Below are positions 1 to 8,609 of a stretch of 42,567 nt of DNA, in pieces. This stretch comes from a virus. Lineage: Duplodnaviria; Caudoviricetes. The stretch lies in IMG/VR virus record IMGVR_UViG_3300025018_000250, positions 1 through 42,567 of that record; one strand, 5' to 3'. The notes below the pieces were generated by a model, which saw only the letters and a list, made by a program, of their open reading frames with translations, made no database searches and was not told where the DNA came from. Both the position numbers and the translations under genes were made by a program. Positions within the stretch are counted from its first letter, which is position 1. Each line of letters starts with the position of its first letter.

Positions 1-1
1 T

Positions 2-18
2 GGCAAACGTAGCGCATA
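2..18. other. Left cos end (cohesive-end sequence GGCAAACGTAG plus right flank CGCATA)
   Basis: GGCAAACGTAG at 2-12 recurs at 42547-42557. Joining the ends gives TATACG-GGCAAACGTAG-CGCATA, a quasi-palindromic cosN-like site immediately upstream of terS. Confidence 0.75.
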
Positions 19-74
19 GGTTTTCGGGCGCTAAACGCTTGACGCAGCCTAAACATCACTGAACGGGGAGTATC

Positions 75-671
75 ATGCTGACGGCGACTGAGTTGGCTGG
101 CGCGCTCGGATACTCCAAGGGCCGCATCTCCCAGCTCGTCGCCAGCGGTCAGCTCGCCGGCTGCTGGCGCGGGGAGGGGCGCGGCCGCCGCTTCGACCTC
201 GCCAAGTCCGCCGCCGCGCTCAACGTCCGCCTCGACCCCGGCCAGCAGACCGGCAACGGCGTCAGGCACCTAGAGCGCCGCGCCCGCCTCGGCGACGGCC
301 CCGACCATGTCGAGCCGATCGAGAACAGCGACGCCCGCCGCCTCGCCCGCGCCCGCGCCGATGCCGCCGAGGTCGCCGCCCGCCAGAAGGCCCGCGAGGA
401 GGCCGAGACCGTCGGCCGCTACGTCCTGGCCGACGAACACCGCCGCGCCTGCCGCGCCATGGTCGCGCATACCGTCGCAAGCGCCGAGCGCGTGCTGGTC
501 GACGAGGTCCGCCGCCTGGCGCGCGACCTCGGCGCCAACCCCGCCGAAGCCGTCGCCGCCGCACGCGCCGCCTGGCGCAAGGCCCGCGCCGCCCAGGCCC
601 GCGCGCTCGGCGAGCTCGCCGACGCCGCCGCGCCCACCGAGACCGAAGCCGCCGAGATGGCGACCGCCTGA
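75..671 (+). CDS. terS: Terminase small subunit (Nu1-like, N-terminal HTH)
   Basis: N-terminal HTH 'LTATELAGALGYSKGRISQLV' and helical C-terminus; first gene after cos, upstream of gpA-type terL; RBS GGGGAG. Confidence 0.8.
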   Translation: MLTATELAGALGYSKGRISQLVASGQLAGCWRGEGRGRRFDLAKSAAALNVRLDPGQQTGNGVRHLERRARLGDGPDHVEPIENSDARRLARARADAAEVAARQKAREEAETVGRYVLADEHRRACRAMVAHTVASAERVLVDEVRRLARDLGANPAEAVAAARAAWRKARAAQARALGELADAAAPTETEAAEMATA

Positions 672-703
672 TCCCACCGGCCGCGAACCGCAGGAGCCCT
701 GCC

Positions 704-931
704 ATGCCCGCCATCGACAGCGCGTCCGACGACCGGACCGCGAATAACGCCGTGCGCCATCAGTATCGCGTCCTGTCCGATGCGGAGAAGGCGCAGATGG
801 TCGCCCTCAAGGATCTGGGTGCAGCCTTCCTCGCCGCCTGCGACCAAATCGGCCAGTCTCGCGAGCTGTCGCTCGCCAAGACCAACGCCGAGCAGGCCGT
901 GATGTGGGCCGTCAAGCACGTGACCCGCTGA
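704..931 (+). CDS. acb2: Acb2/Tad1-like cyclic-nucleotide sponge protein (putative anti-CBASS)
   Basis: YRxLSxxExxxMxxxKxLGxxF has the spacing I recall for Acb2; C-terminal 'SRELSLAKTNAEQAVMW' helix resembles Acb2/Tad1; RBS CAGGAG. Confidence 0.7.
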   Translation: MPAIDSASDDRTANNAVRHQYRVLSDAEKAQMVALKDLGAAFLAACDQIGQSRELSLAKTNAEQAVMWAVKHVTR

Positions 932-933
932 TC

Positions 934-1242
934 ATGCCGCACTTCGCCCCGCTCGACGCCGCAGGTCAGCCCCTGCCCGCCGCCTCCGCCGCCATGGCCG
1001 CGCCCTGCCCGTTCTGCGGCGCGACCGCCGACGCCGGCGCACTCTGGGTCTACGCCTTCGGCGAGACCGAGGACGGCGACGACGTCTGGGCGGTCACCTG
1101 CCTCTGCAGCGCCACCGGCCCGATGTGCGACACGCCGCCCGAGGCCGTCGCGCAGTGGAGCGCCCGCCCCGCCGCGCCCGGAGCCTCAGAGCCATGTCTC
1201 CCTGCGCCGAGAGCCTCCGCAACGCGCTGGATCGCCGCGTGA
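934..1242 (+). CDS. Lar family restriction-alleviation-like Zn-finger protein
   Basis: PCPFCG ... VTCLCSATGP ... EAVAQWSAR pattern. Confidence 0.65.
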   Translation: MPHFAPLDAAGQPLPAASAAMAAPCPFCGATADAGALWVYAFGETEDGDDVWAVTCLCSATGPMCDTPPEAVAQWSARPAAPGASEPCLPAPRASATRWIAA

Positions 1243-1352
1243 AGAACCGCATTGTGCGCCAATTCACGGGCGTCCGGCGGGGCTTCGAACAGCTTGGCCG
1301 CCGGGAATGGACGCTGCACGCGACGCGCGGCTGGCGCTTCCGCCGGGTCTGA
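1194..1352 (+). CDS. Small Arg-rich hypothetical protein (52 aa)
   Basis: MSPCAESLRNALDRRVKNRIVRQF...GWRFRRV; fills the gap before terL, with an upstream GGAG. Confidence 0.45.
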   Translation: MSPCAESLRNALDRRVKNRIVRQFTGVRRGFEQLGRREWTLHATRGWRFRRV

Positions 1353-1357
1353 CCGCC

Positions 1358-3325
1358 ATGTCCTGCATCGCCCCCGCCGACCGCATCGCCTACCTCGCGG
1401 CGGCGGAAGCCTGGACCCCGCCGCCGCCGCCCGACCCGTGGGAGTGGGCCTGCGAGCACCTGACCTTCGGCCACAAATCGCCGCGCCCGGGCGCGTTCGA
1501 CCCGCAGGCCTTCGCCTTTCTCGAGCGCCCGCTGCGCTGCCTCAACCCCGAGCATCCGGCGCGCGAGGTCACGATTCGCGGCTCCGCCCAGTGGGGCAAG
1601 ACGCAGACCGTCATCGCCGTCGCGCTGGCCTGCTGGTTCGACCGCGACCCCGCCAACGCGCTGGTGGTGCACCCCACCAGCAGCTCGGCCACCGACTGGA
1701 TCAAAGACGCCTGGGCCAACTTCCGCGCCGACAACCCCCGGATGGTCGCCGTGTTCGGGCGCGGCGGCGACCGCGACACCATCGATTTCCAGGAGACGCT
1801 GGACCGGCGCGGCGTGATGTTCGTCGAGGCCTCCGGCTCGCCCTCGGGCCTGTCCGGCAAGACCGCCCCGCGCGTCGTGATGGACGACCTGTCCAAGTTC
1901 GAGCCCAACCCAAAGGGCGACCCCGACACGCTCGCCGCCTCCCGCGCCTCCGCCTTCGAGGACGGCGCGAAGGTGCTGCGCGCCTCGACCCCGATGGTGA
2001 TCGGCGCCTGCCGCATCTCCCGCCATTTTCTCCGCGGCACCGCCGAGTTCTGGCACGTGCCCTGCCCGCATTGCCAGACGCTCCAGCCGCTGAGCTGGGA
2101 GGCGTTCGAGCCGACCATCGACCCCGCCGACCCGTCCACCGCCCATTTCACCTGCGTCGCCTGCGGCTGCGCCATCGAGGAGCGCCACCGCGACGCCATC
2201 GTCCCGCTCGGCCGCTGGGTCGCCGCCAACCCGGCCGGCGACCACCCGAGCTTCCACATGTGGCGCGCCTACACCCCGTTCCGGTCGTGGGAATCCATCG
2301 CCCGCGACTGGCTGGCCGCCAAGGGCGACGCGAGCGCCGAGCAGACCGTGTTCAACGACGTCCTCGGCCTGCCCTACGAGCAGGCCAGCGAGGCCCCGAA
2401 ATGGGAGGCGCTGCGCGACCGGGTCGAGAACGCCGCCCCCGACGAGCAGATCCAGCGCGGGCGCGTGCCTGCGCGGCTGCCGATCCTGACCATCGGCGTC
2501 GACTGTCAGGGCTCGTGGACCGAGTGGACGTTGCGCGCCTTCGGCCGCGAGGGCCGCGCCCACACCGTCGACCACGGGATGATCGCCCACCCGATCGGCG
2601 ACGACGCCTGCTGGGCCGAGCTCGACGCGCTGCTGCGGCGCCGCTGGCGCAACGCCGCGGGCCGCGACCTGGCCGTCGACCGGCTGATGATCGACGGCGG
2701 CGCCTACACCGAGGATGTCTGGGGCTGGGCCAGGCGCCACCCGTGGGAGCGGGTCAGCATCGGCAAGGGCGCCAGCAGCTCCACTGGCCCGATCTACGCG
2801 CTGCAGAAGTTCGAGCGCCGCACCGACGGCAAGGTCAAGAAGCGCCAGAAGCGCGCCTTCGTGAACAACGTCAGCGCGCTCAAGGCCAAGCTCTACGCGG
2901 ACCTGCGCAAGGACGACCCCGGCGCGCGCGGCTTCCAGTCGTTCGCGCCCGGCCTCGGCGACGCCTACTTCCGGGGTCTCTGCGCCGAGCGGCGCATCCT
3001 GACCCGCAACCGCTTCGGCGTGATGGAGAGCCGCTGGCAGGTGATCGAGAGCGACGGCCGCAACGAGCCGCTCGACACCGCGATACTCGCCGACGTGGCC
3101 GCCCGCCTCTGCGGCTGGGCCAGCAACACCGACGCCGACTGGGACCGGCTGGAGGCCGAGCGCGACGCCGCGCCGCCCGACGCCGAGCCCGACCTGTTTG
3201 ACCGACCCTTGCCGGTGGGGGAGGCCCCTGCGCGCGCCGCCGACGCGGCGCCGCAGGGGCCGACGCCCGCGCCGGACGCCAGGACCGCCCTCGCCGCCCG
3301 CTTCAAGGCCCTCGCCGGAGAATGA
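1358..3325 (+). CDS. terL: Terminase large subunit, lambda GpA family
   Basis: Walker A 'SAQWGKT', Walker B 'VVMDD', 'ASTP', CPHC/CVAC Zn motif, nuclease 'IGVDCQ' and 'RNEPLDT'. Confidence 0.95.
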   Translation: MSCIAPADRIAYLAAAEAWTPPPPPDPWEWACEHLTFGHKSPRPGAFDPQAFAFLERPLRCLNPEHPAREVTIRGSAQWGKTQTVIAVALACWFDRDPANALVVHPTSSSATDWIKDAWANFRADNPRMVAVFGRGGDRDTIDFQETLDRRGVMFVEASGSPSGLSGKTAPRVVMDDLSKFEPNPKGDPDTLAASRASAFEDGAKVLRASTPMVIGACRISRHFLRGTAEFWHVPCPHCQTLQPLSWEAFEPTIDPADPSTAHFTCVACGCAIEERHRDAIVPLGRWVAANPAGDHPSFHMWRAYTPFRSWESIARDWLAAKGDASAEQTVFNDVLGLPYEQASEAPKWEALRDRVENAAPDEQIQRGRVPARLPILTIGVDCQGSWTEWTLRAFGREGRAHTVDHGMIAHPIGDDACWAELDALLRRRWRNAAGRDLAVDRLMIDGGAYTEDVWGWARRHPWERVSIGKGASSSTGPIYALQKFERRTDGKVKKRQKRAFVNNVSALKAKLYADLRKDDPGARGFQSFAPGLGDAYFRGLCAERRILTRNRFGVMESRWQVIESDGRNEPLDTAILADVAARLCGWASNTDADWDRLEAERDAAPPDAEPDLFDRPLPVGEAPARAADAAPQGPTPAPDARTALAARFKALAGE

Positions 3326-3555
3326 CCATGCTGACCGACGAGGAGCGCGCCGTGCTCGAAACCCGGCTGGCCGAGGCCGACGCCGCGCTGCACAAGCTGC
3401 GCATGGGCGGCCAGGCGGTCGAGGTCCGCACCGAGACCGAATCGGTCAAGTACGCCGCCGCCGACGTGGGCCGGCTCGCCGCCTATGTCGCGATGCTGCG
3501 CCGCCAGCTGGGCCGCACCCCCCGCGCCGGCGCGATCTCGGTGGGCTTCCGGTGA
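3322..3555 (+). CDS. Head-tail joining protein, gpW family
   Basis: 'LAEADAALHKLRMGGQAVEV..ESVKY..ADVGRLAAYV' pattern; lies between terL and portal. Confidence 0.85.
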   Translation: MTMLTDEERAVLETRLAEADAALHKLRMGGQAVEVRTETESVKYAAADVGRLAAYVAMLRRQLGRTPRAGAISVGFR

Positions 3556-5186
3556 GCAAGCCCCGCGTCCGCGTGCCCGCGCGCCGCGCCGCCGCCGGCG
3601 GCCGTGGCGGCGCCATGGCCGCGCTGGGCGGCGCCCAGCCCTACGACGCCGCCGACACCATGACCGCCGAACTCGCCGCGTGGCGCCCGCACCGCGAGCA
3701 GCCCGACAGCGAGCTGGGCTGGGCGCGCGCCGAGGTCACCGCCCGCGCCCGCGACCTGGTGCGCAACAACGGCCACCTCGCAGGGCACGCGCAGAAGGAG
3801 GTCGACGCCGTCCTCGGCGCGGACTTCCGCCCTTCCGCCAAGCCGGGCTGGCGCGCGCTGAACATCACCCGCGAGCAGGCCCGCGCGGTCGCGGCCCAGA
3901 TGGAGGCCGCCTGGGACGCCTGGGCGTCGGACCCGCGCCGACTGGCCGACGTGACGCGCTCGCAGGACTGGGGCGGCATGGCCGGACTCGCCTACCGCAG
4001 CTACCTGATCGACGGCGACGCGCTCGGCGTGCTGCACTGGGAGGACGCGCCGCGCCCCGGCTGGGGCTGGTCCACCCGGCTGCGGGTCGCCGACCCCGAC
4101 CTGCTCGGCAACCCGTCCGACGCGATGGACACGCTGGCGCTGCGCGGCGGCGTCGAGCTTGACGCCCACGGCGCAGCGATAGCCTATCATTTCCGCCGCG
4201 AGCATCCGCTCAGCGGCTGGGGCATGGGCGGCGGCTGGTCGTGGGACCGGGTCGAGCGCGAAACGCCCTGGGGACGCCCGGTGGTGGTGCACCACTTCGA
4301 CAAGCAGCGCGACGGCCAGACGCGCGGCGTCTCGCGCCTCGCCAGCATCGCCGAGGCGGCGAAGATGGGCGACAAGCACCAGCGGGTCGCGCTGCAGCAG
4401 GCGGTGCTGTCGGCGATCCTCGGGCTGTTCGTGTCCAGCCAGATGGACGGCGAGGCGGTGGCGGAGCTGCTGGACGACGGCAAGTTCGCGGACGGTGAAG
4501 GAAAATACGTCGATTTCTCGGCCGCGCGCATGGGCATCCACAGCGGGCTGGGGCTGACCTTCGGCGGCGTGCGGCTGCCGGTGCTGCCGGTGGGCGACAC
4601 CATCCAGTCGGTGCAGGCCGCGCAGCCGTCCGCCGCCTACGACGCGTTCGAGACCTCGGTGCTGCGCCGGATCGCGGCGGGGCTCGGCACCAGCTACGAG
4701 CAGCTGGCGGCCGACTGGTCGAAGACCAACTACTCCAGCGCCCGCGCGGCGCTCAACGAGATCTGGCGCGGGCTGACCGCGCGCCGCCGCCAGTTCGCGA
4801 CCGGGTTCTGCGACCCGGTGCGGATGGCGGTGATGGAGGAGGCGGTGGCCGCCGGCCGCGTGGTCCTGCCGCGCGGCGCGCCCGAGCTGATGGAGGCGCC
4901 GGCGCACTGGCTGCGCGCCAAGTGGATCGGCCCGGGCCGGGGCTACGTCGACCCGGTCAAGGAGGCGCAGGCGGCGGCGCTGCGGGTGCAGCTCGGGCTT
5001 TCGACCATGGAGGACGAGGCGGCCGAGCTGGCCGGCGCCGACTACGAGGAAAACCTCGACCAGATTGCGCGCGAGATCGAGCAGATGCCCGCCGGCGTGC
5101 TGCACCCTGCGCAGGAGAAGTTCGCCGCGCTACTGGGCGTGCCGGGCGAATCCCCGCCGGACGCCGCCCCGCCCGCCGCCGCCTGA
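3552..5186 (+). CDS. Portal protein, lambda family
   Basis: 'ARARDLVRNNG', 'GQTRGVS', 'DWSKTNYSSARAAL', 'YVDPVKEAQA'; GTG start overlaps the gpW stop. Confidence 0.95.
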   Translation: MSKPRVRVPARRAAAGGRGGAMAALGGAQPYDAADTMTAELAAWRPHREQPDSELGWARAEVTARARDLVRNNGHLAGHAQKEVDAVLGADFRPSAKPGWRALNITREQARAVAAQMEAAWDAWASDPRRLADVTRSQDWGGMAGLAYRSYLIDGDALGVLHWEDAPRPGWGWSTRLRVADPDLLGNPSDAMDTLALRGGVELDAHGAAIAYHFRREHPLSGWGMGGGWSWDRVERETPWGRPVVVHHFDKQRDGQTRGVSRLASIAEAAKMGDKHQRVALQQAVLSAILGLFVSSQMDGEAVAELLDDGKFADGEGKYVDFSAARMGIHSGLGLTFGGVRLPVLPVGDTIQSVQAAQPSAAYDAFETSVLRRIAAGLGTSYEQLAADWSKTNYSSARAALNEIWRGLTARRRQFATGFCDPVRMAVMEEAVAAGRVVLPRGAPELMEAPAHWLRAKWIGPGRGYVDPVKEAQAAALRVQLGLSTMEDEAAELAGADYEENLDQIAREIEQMPAGVLHPAQEKFAALLGVPGESPPDAAPPAAA

Positions 5187-5197
5187 CGGAGACCGCG

Positions 5198-6097
5198 ATG
5201 ACGCACCATGACCTTGCCCTTGCGCGTCTCGCGCCGGGGCCGATGGCGCTGGCCGGCGGGCGGCGCTTCGCCGCCTGGGCGGCGCGGTGCGAGGCCGACC
5301 GCGCCGCGCTGCGCGCCAACCGCGCCCTGCTGGGCGCCGACGCCTGGTGTACCAACGACGCGATGACGCTGGCGGCGGAGACCGCCTGGCGGCCCTACGC
5401 GATGGCGGGCCGGGCGGCGGTGATCCCGGTGCAGGGGCTGATCATGCCCGAGGCCGGGATCGTCAACCTGCCGTTCATGACCGGCTGCGCCGAGCTGGTC
5501 TGGCAGGTCGAGACCGCGCTCGCCGACCCGGCGGTGGCGGGGATCGCGCTGTGGGTGGCGAGCTACGGCGGCTATGTCGCCGGGGTCGACGCCGCCGCCG
5601 CCGCAATCCGCGCCGCGCGCGAGGTCAAGCCGGTCGCGGCCATCGTCGCCGAGGCCGCCTACAGCGCGGGCTACTGGCTGGCCTCCGCCGCCGACACGAT
5701 CAGCGCCGAGCGGACGGGCGGCGTCGGCCACATCGGCGTGATCGCCGAGCATCTGGACGACAGCGCCATGCTCGAAAGGGTCGGGGTCAAGCGCACCGTG
5801 GTCTCCGAGGGCGCGCGCAAGGGCGACCGCGACCCCGTGCTGACCGAGGAGGGCCTCGCCGACATGCGGATCGAAGTCGCCAGCCTGCGCGACGCCTTCG
5901 CGGAGTCCGTCGCGCTGGGCCGGCGCGGCGACCCCTCCGCCGATCAGGTCGTCGCCACCGAAAGCCGCGCCTACGCCGGCCCCGCCGCGCTGCGCGAGGC
6001 GCTGGCGCTGCGCCTGATCGACGCCATCGCATCCCCGCGCGAGGCCCTCGCGGCCTTCGCCGGGTTCCTGGGCGACCCGCCCGCACCCGTGGCGTAG
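5198..6097 (+). CDS. Prohead protease, S49 family (gpC-like)
   Basis: 'AYSAGYWLASAAD', 'GHIGV', 'GARKGD'; follows the portal. Confidence 0.9.
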   Translation: MTHHDLALARLAPGPMALAGGRRFAAWAARCEADRAALRANRALLGADAWCTNDAMTLAAETAWRPYAMAGRAAVIPVQGLIMPEAGIVNLPFMTGCAELVWQVETALADPAVAGIALWVASYGGYVAGVDAAAAAIRAAREVKPVAAIVAEAAYSAGYWLASAADTISAERTGGVGHIGVIAEHLDDSAMLERVGVKRTVVSEGARKGDRDPVLTEEGLADMRIEVASLRDAFAESVALGRRGDPSADQVVATESRAYAGPAALREALALRLIDAIASPREALAAFAGFLGDPPAPVA

Positions 6098-6146
6098 GCC
6101 ACAATCACCGAAGTCGCGGCTGACAGCCGCTCACAAGGAGACTGAG

Positions 6147-6644
6147 ATGACGCGATTCAGCTTCGCCGGGCTTCTGGGCGCATCGCCCAGGGCCACGGCC
6201 GCGACCGCCGCCGAGGACGAGGACGTCAAGGCGATTGGCGAAGACGAGGAGGCTCCGGCGACCGAGGACGAGGACGTCGCCGCCGACGAGGACACCGCCG
6301 CCGAGGACGAACCCGCCGCCGATGACGAGACGCCCGCCGCGCGGCGCGCGTTCCGGCGCGGCGTGGCCGCCGAGCGGGCGCGCGCCTGCGCGATCCTCGA
6401 CAAGGCCACTCCCGCCACCGTCGCCATGGCCGCAATGGCGATCGCCGAAGGCGTCACGGCGCGCCAGGCGGCGTCTGTGATGTCCGCCGCGCCCGCCGCC
6501 GCCGGCGCCGACCGCCTCGCCGCCGCCATGCGCGGTCGCGACCCCGCCCCGCTGGCGACCGGCACCGCCGCCGCCGGCTCCGACCTCCCCCCCGAGCTCA
6601 AGGCCGTCCAGGCGCGGCGGCTCGCTCAGAAGAAGGGCCGCTGA
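6147..6644 (+). CDS. Putative capsid scaffolding protein (Nu3-like)
   Basis: Acidic repeats followed by 'GVAAERARACAIL'; between protease and decoration protein; RBS AAGGAG. Confidence 0.65.
   Translation: MTRFSFAGLLGASPRATAATAAEDEDVKAIGEDEEAPATEDEDVAADEDTAAEDEPAADDETPAARRAFRRGVAAERARACAILDKATPATVAMAAMAIAEGVTARQAASVMSAAPAAAGADRLAAAMRGRDPAPLATGTAAAGSDLPPELKAVQARRLAQKKGR
6205..6335 (+). repeat. Degenerate tandem GCCGCCGAGGACGAG-type repeats encoding (A/P)AxDEDx units
   Basis: About six imperfect copies visible in the scaffold gene. Confidence 0.6.
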
Positions 6645-6645
6645 C

Positions 6646-7017
6646 ATGGCGAGCATCGAGACCGTCTCCTACGACCCGAACGGCCTGATCGTCGACGACT
6701 TCCCGGTGCAGACCGCCGGGGCGACCATCGGCACGGCGGCCAACCTCACCGCGGGCGCGGTGCTGGGCCGCATCACCGCGACGGGCAAGTACATCCTGTC
6801 GCTGACCGGCGCGTCCGACGGCAGCCAGACCCCGGCGGCGATCCTGATGACCGACGCCGCGGCGGCCAGCGCCGACGCGCCCGCACTGATCCTGCTGGCG
6901 GGCTCGGTCGACATCGCCAAGCTGACCTTCGGCTCGGCCCACACGGCGGCCACCGTCGAAACCGCGTTCCGCGCCGCGGGCCGCCCGATCTTCCTCAAGT
7001 CGCGCAGCGCCGCGTAA
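6646..7017 (+). CDS. Head decoration protein (gpD-like)
   Basis: 'GAVLGRITATGKY..S...ASDGSQTPAAIL' motif, directly upstream of the MCP. Confidence 0.9.
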   Translation: MASIETVSYDPNGLIVDDFPVQTAGATIGTAANLTAGAVLGRITATGKYILSLTGASDGSQTPAAILMTDAAAASADAPALILLAGSVDIAKLTFGSAHTAATVETAFRAAGRPIFLKSRSAA

Positions 7018-7027
7018 GGAGCTTCAT

Positions 7028-8053
7028 ATGTCCACGCTCTACACCTCACGCCAGCTGGCGGAAGTGGTGCGGCCGCTCGACCGGCCGCAGCAGTTTCTCG
7101 CCTCGGTGTTCTTCCCCACCGTCCGGCTGTTCGACACGACGCGCATCGACTTCCACGTGCTCAACGTGGCGCAAGAGATCGCGAAGTTCGTGCATCCGGA
7201 CAGCAAGGCCAAGCCGGTCGCCGAGCGCGGCTCGCGCATCGACAGCTTCACCCCGGCCTACGTCAAGCAGCTGACCGCGCTCACGCCGTCGACCATGCTC
7301 GACATCCTGCCGGGCGAAACCTACGGCGGCGACCGCTCGCCGGTCGAGCGCCGCGCCGAGCGGATCGCCCAGATCGTCACCGACCACGAGGCCGCGATCA
7401 TGCGGCGCATCGAGGTCATGGCGGCGACGGTGCTCGCCACCGGCGCGATCACCGTCACCGGCGAGGACTACCCCACCGCCACGGTCGACTTCGGCCGCGC
7501 CGCCGGCCAGACCGTCGCGCTGACCACCACCGCGCGCTGGGGCGAGAGCGGCGTCAGCCCGCAGGCCAACCTGCGCACCTGGGCCGGGCTGGTGTCCGCG
7601 TCCTCGGGCGCGGCGATCGACACCGTGGTTATGGGCGACGAGGCGTGGGAGCTGCAGTTGACGGAAGCCGAGTTCCGCGAGCGGCTCGACAACCGCAGCC
7701 AGACGCCGACCTCGGTGCAGATGCTGCTCGACGCCAAGGGTGTCGACGCCTGGGGCAACTACCAGGGCCGCCTCGGCAACATCGACTACTGGACCTACAG
7801 CCAACCCTACACCGCCGACGGCTCCGCCGCCAACGTGATGCACCCGCACGGCGTGATCATGGGCTCGGCCCGCCAGCTGCAGGGCGTGCTGGCCTACGGC
7901 GCGATCATGGACATGGAGGCGCTGGTGGCGGCGCGGTTCTGGTCGAAGATGTACGACGAGAACAACCCGTCGCGCACCTTCATCGAGTCCGCCGCCGCGC
8001 CGCTGCCGATCCCGGCCCGCGTCAACGCGACCTTTTACGCGCAGGTGCGGTGA
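7028..8053 (+). CDS. Major capsid protein, lambda gpE family
   Basis: 'FLASVFFP', 'FTPAYVK', 'RRIEVMAA', 'VDFGR', 'ESAAAPLP'; 341 aa; RBS TAAGGAG. Confidence 0.95.
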   Translation: MSTLYTSRQLAEVVRPLDRPQQFLASVFFPTVRLFDTTRIDFHVLNVAQEIAKFVHPDSKAKPVAERGSRIDSFTPAYVKQLTALTPSTMLDILPGETYGGDRSPVERRAERIAQIVTDHEAAIMRRIEVMAATVLATGAITVTGEDYPTATVDFGRAAGQTVALTTTARWGESGVSPQANLRTWAGLVSASSGAAIDTVVMGDEAWELQLTEAEFRERLDNRSQTPTSVQMLLDAKGVDAWGNYQGRLGNIDYWTYSQPYTADGSAANVMHPHGVIMGSARQLQGVLAYGAIMDMEALVAARFWSKMYDENNPSRTFIESAAAPLPIPARVNATFYAQVR

Positions 8054-8283
8054 TGGCGGCGCGCAAGATCGCGGTGGAGGCGGTGGCGACGATCTTCACC
8101 GCCCCCGGCGTCGCCCATGCGCGCGGCTCGGTGCTGACGCTGGACGCCGCCACGGCGTCCGGCCTGATCGCGTCCGGCATGGCGCGCGCAGCGCCCGTCG
8201 CGCCCGCCCGGTCAGCGCCCGCCACGGCGGAGACGGTGGACGGCGCGCCCGAGACGGACGGCGGCGAGGAAGACCGCGAGTGA
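8053..8283 (+). CDS. Small head-associated protein (gpFI position)
   Basis: TGATG coupling to the MCP; 'A..LIASGMA' motif seen in post-MCP ORFs. Confidence 0.6.
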   Translation: MAARKIAVEAVATIFTAPGVAHARGSVLTLDAATASGLIASGMARAAPVAPARSAPATAETVDGAPETDGGEEDRE

Positions 8284-8609
8284 GCTTTCACTCGCTGGCG
8301 AAGGCGTCGCGCGACGATGCCTTCGCGACCTTCGGCCAGCCGGTGGTCGTCGACCCAGACGGGGCGGCCACGCCGCTGCTGGCGCTGATCTCGTCGCAGT
8401 CGGTCACCGAGACGATGGGGCCGCTGGAGATCGTCCAGAACGGTCGCTATTTCCGCTTCCGAGCGGAGGATGCCCCGGCGCGCGGCGCGACGGTCGCGGT
8501 GCTGCTCGAGCCCGGCGGCGCCGAGATCGACCGCCGCGTGATTCAGGGCGACCCGCAATTCGTCGACGCGCGGCGGTTGACCGTCGAGCTTGACAGCGCG
8601 CCGGCATGA
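8280..8609 (+). CDS. Head-tail joining/closure protein (gpFII-like)
   Basis: Size, position and beta-rich pattern 'DAFATFGQPVV'. Confidence 0.6.
   Translation: MSFHSLAKASRDDAFATFGQPVVVDPDGAATPLLALISSQSVTETMGPLEIVQNGRYFRFRAEDAPARGATVAVLLEPGGAEIDRRVIQGDPQFVDARRLTVELDSAPA

Noticed and set aside
1094-5105. Long alternative-frame and antisense ORFs (1094-2740, 1252-3201, 3483-5105; similarly 15976-17709, 39700-41373)
   Set aside because: Arg/Pro/Gly-rich shadow ORFs of high-GC genes with no motifs; they overlap well-supported CDSs.
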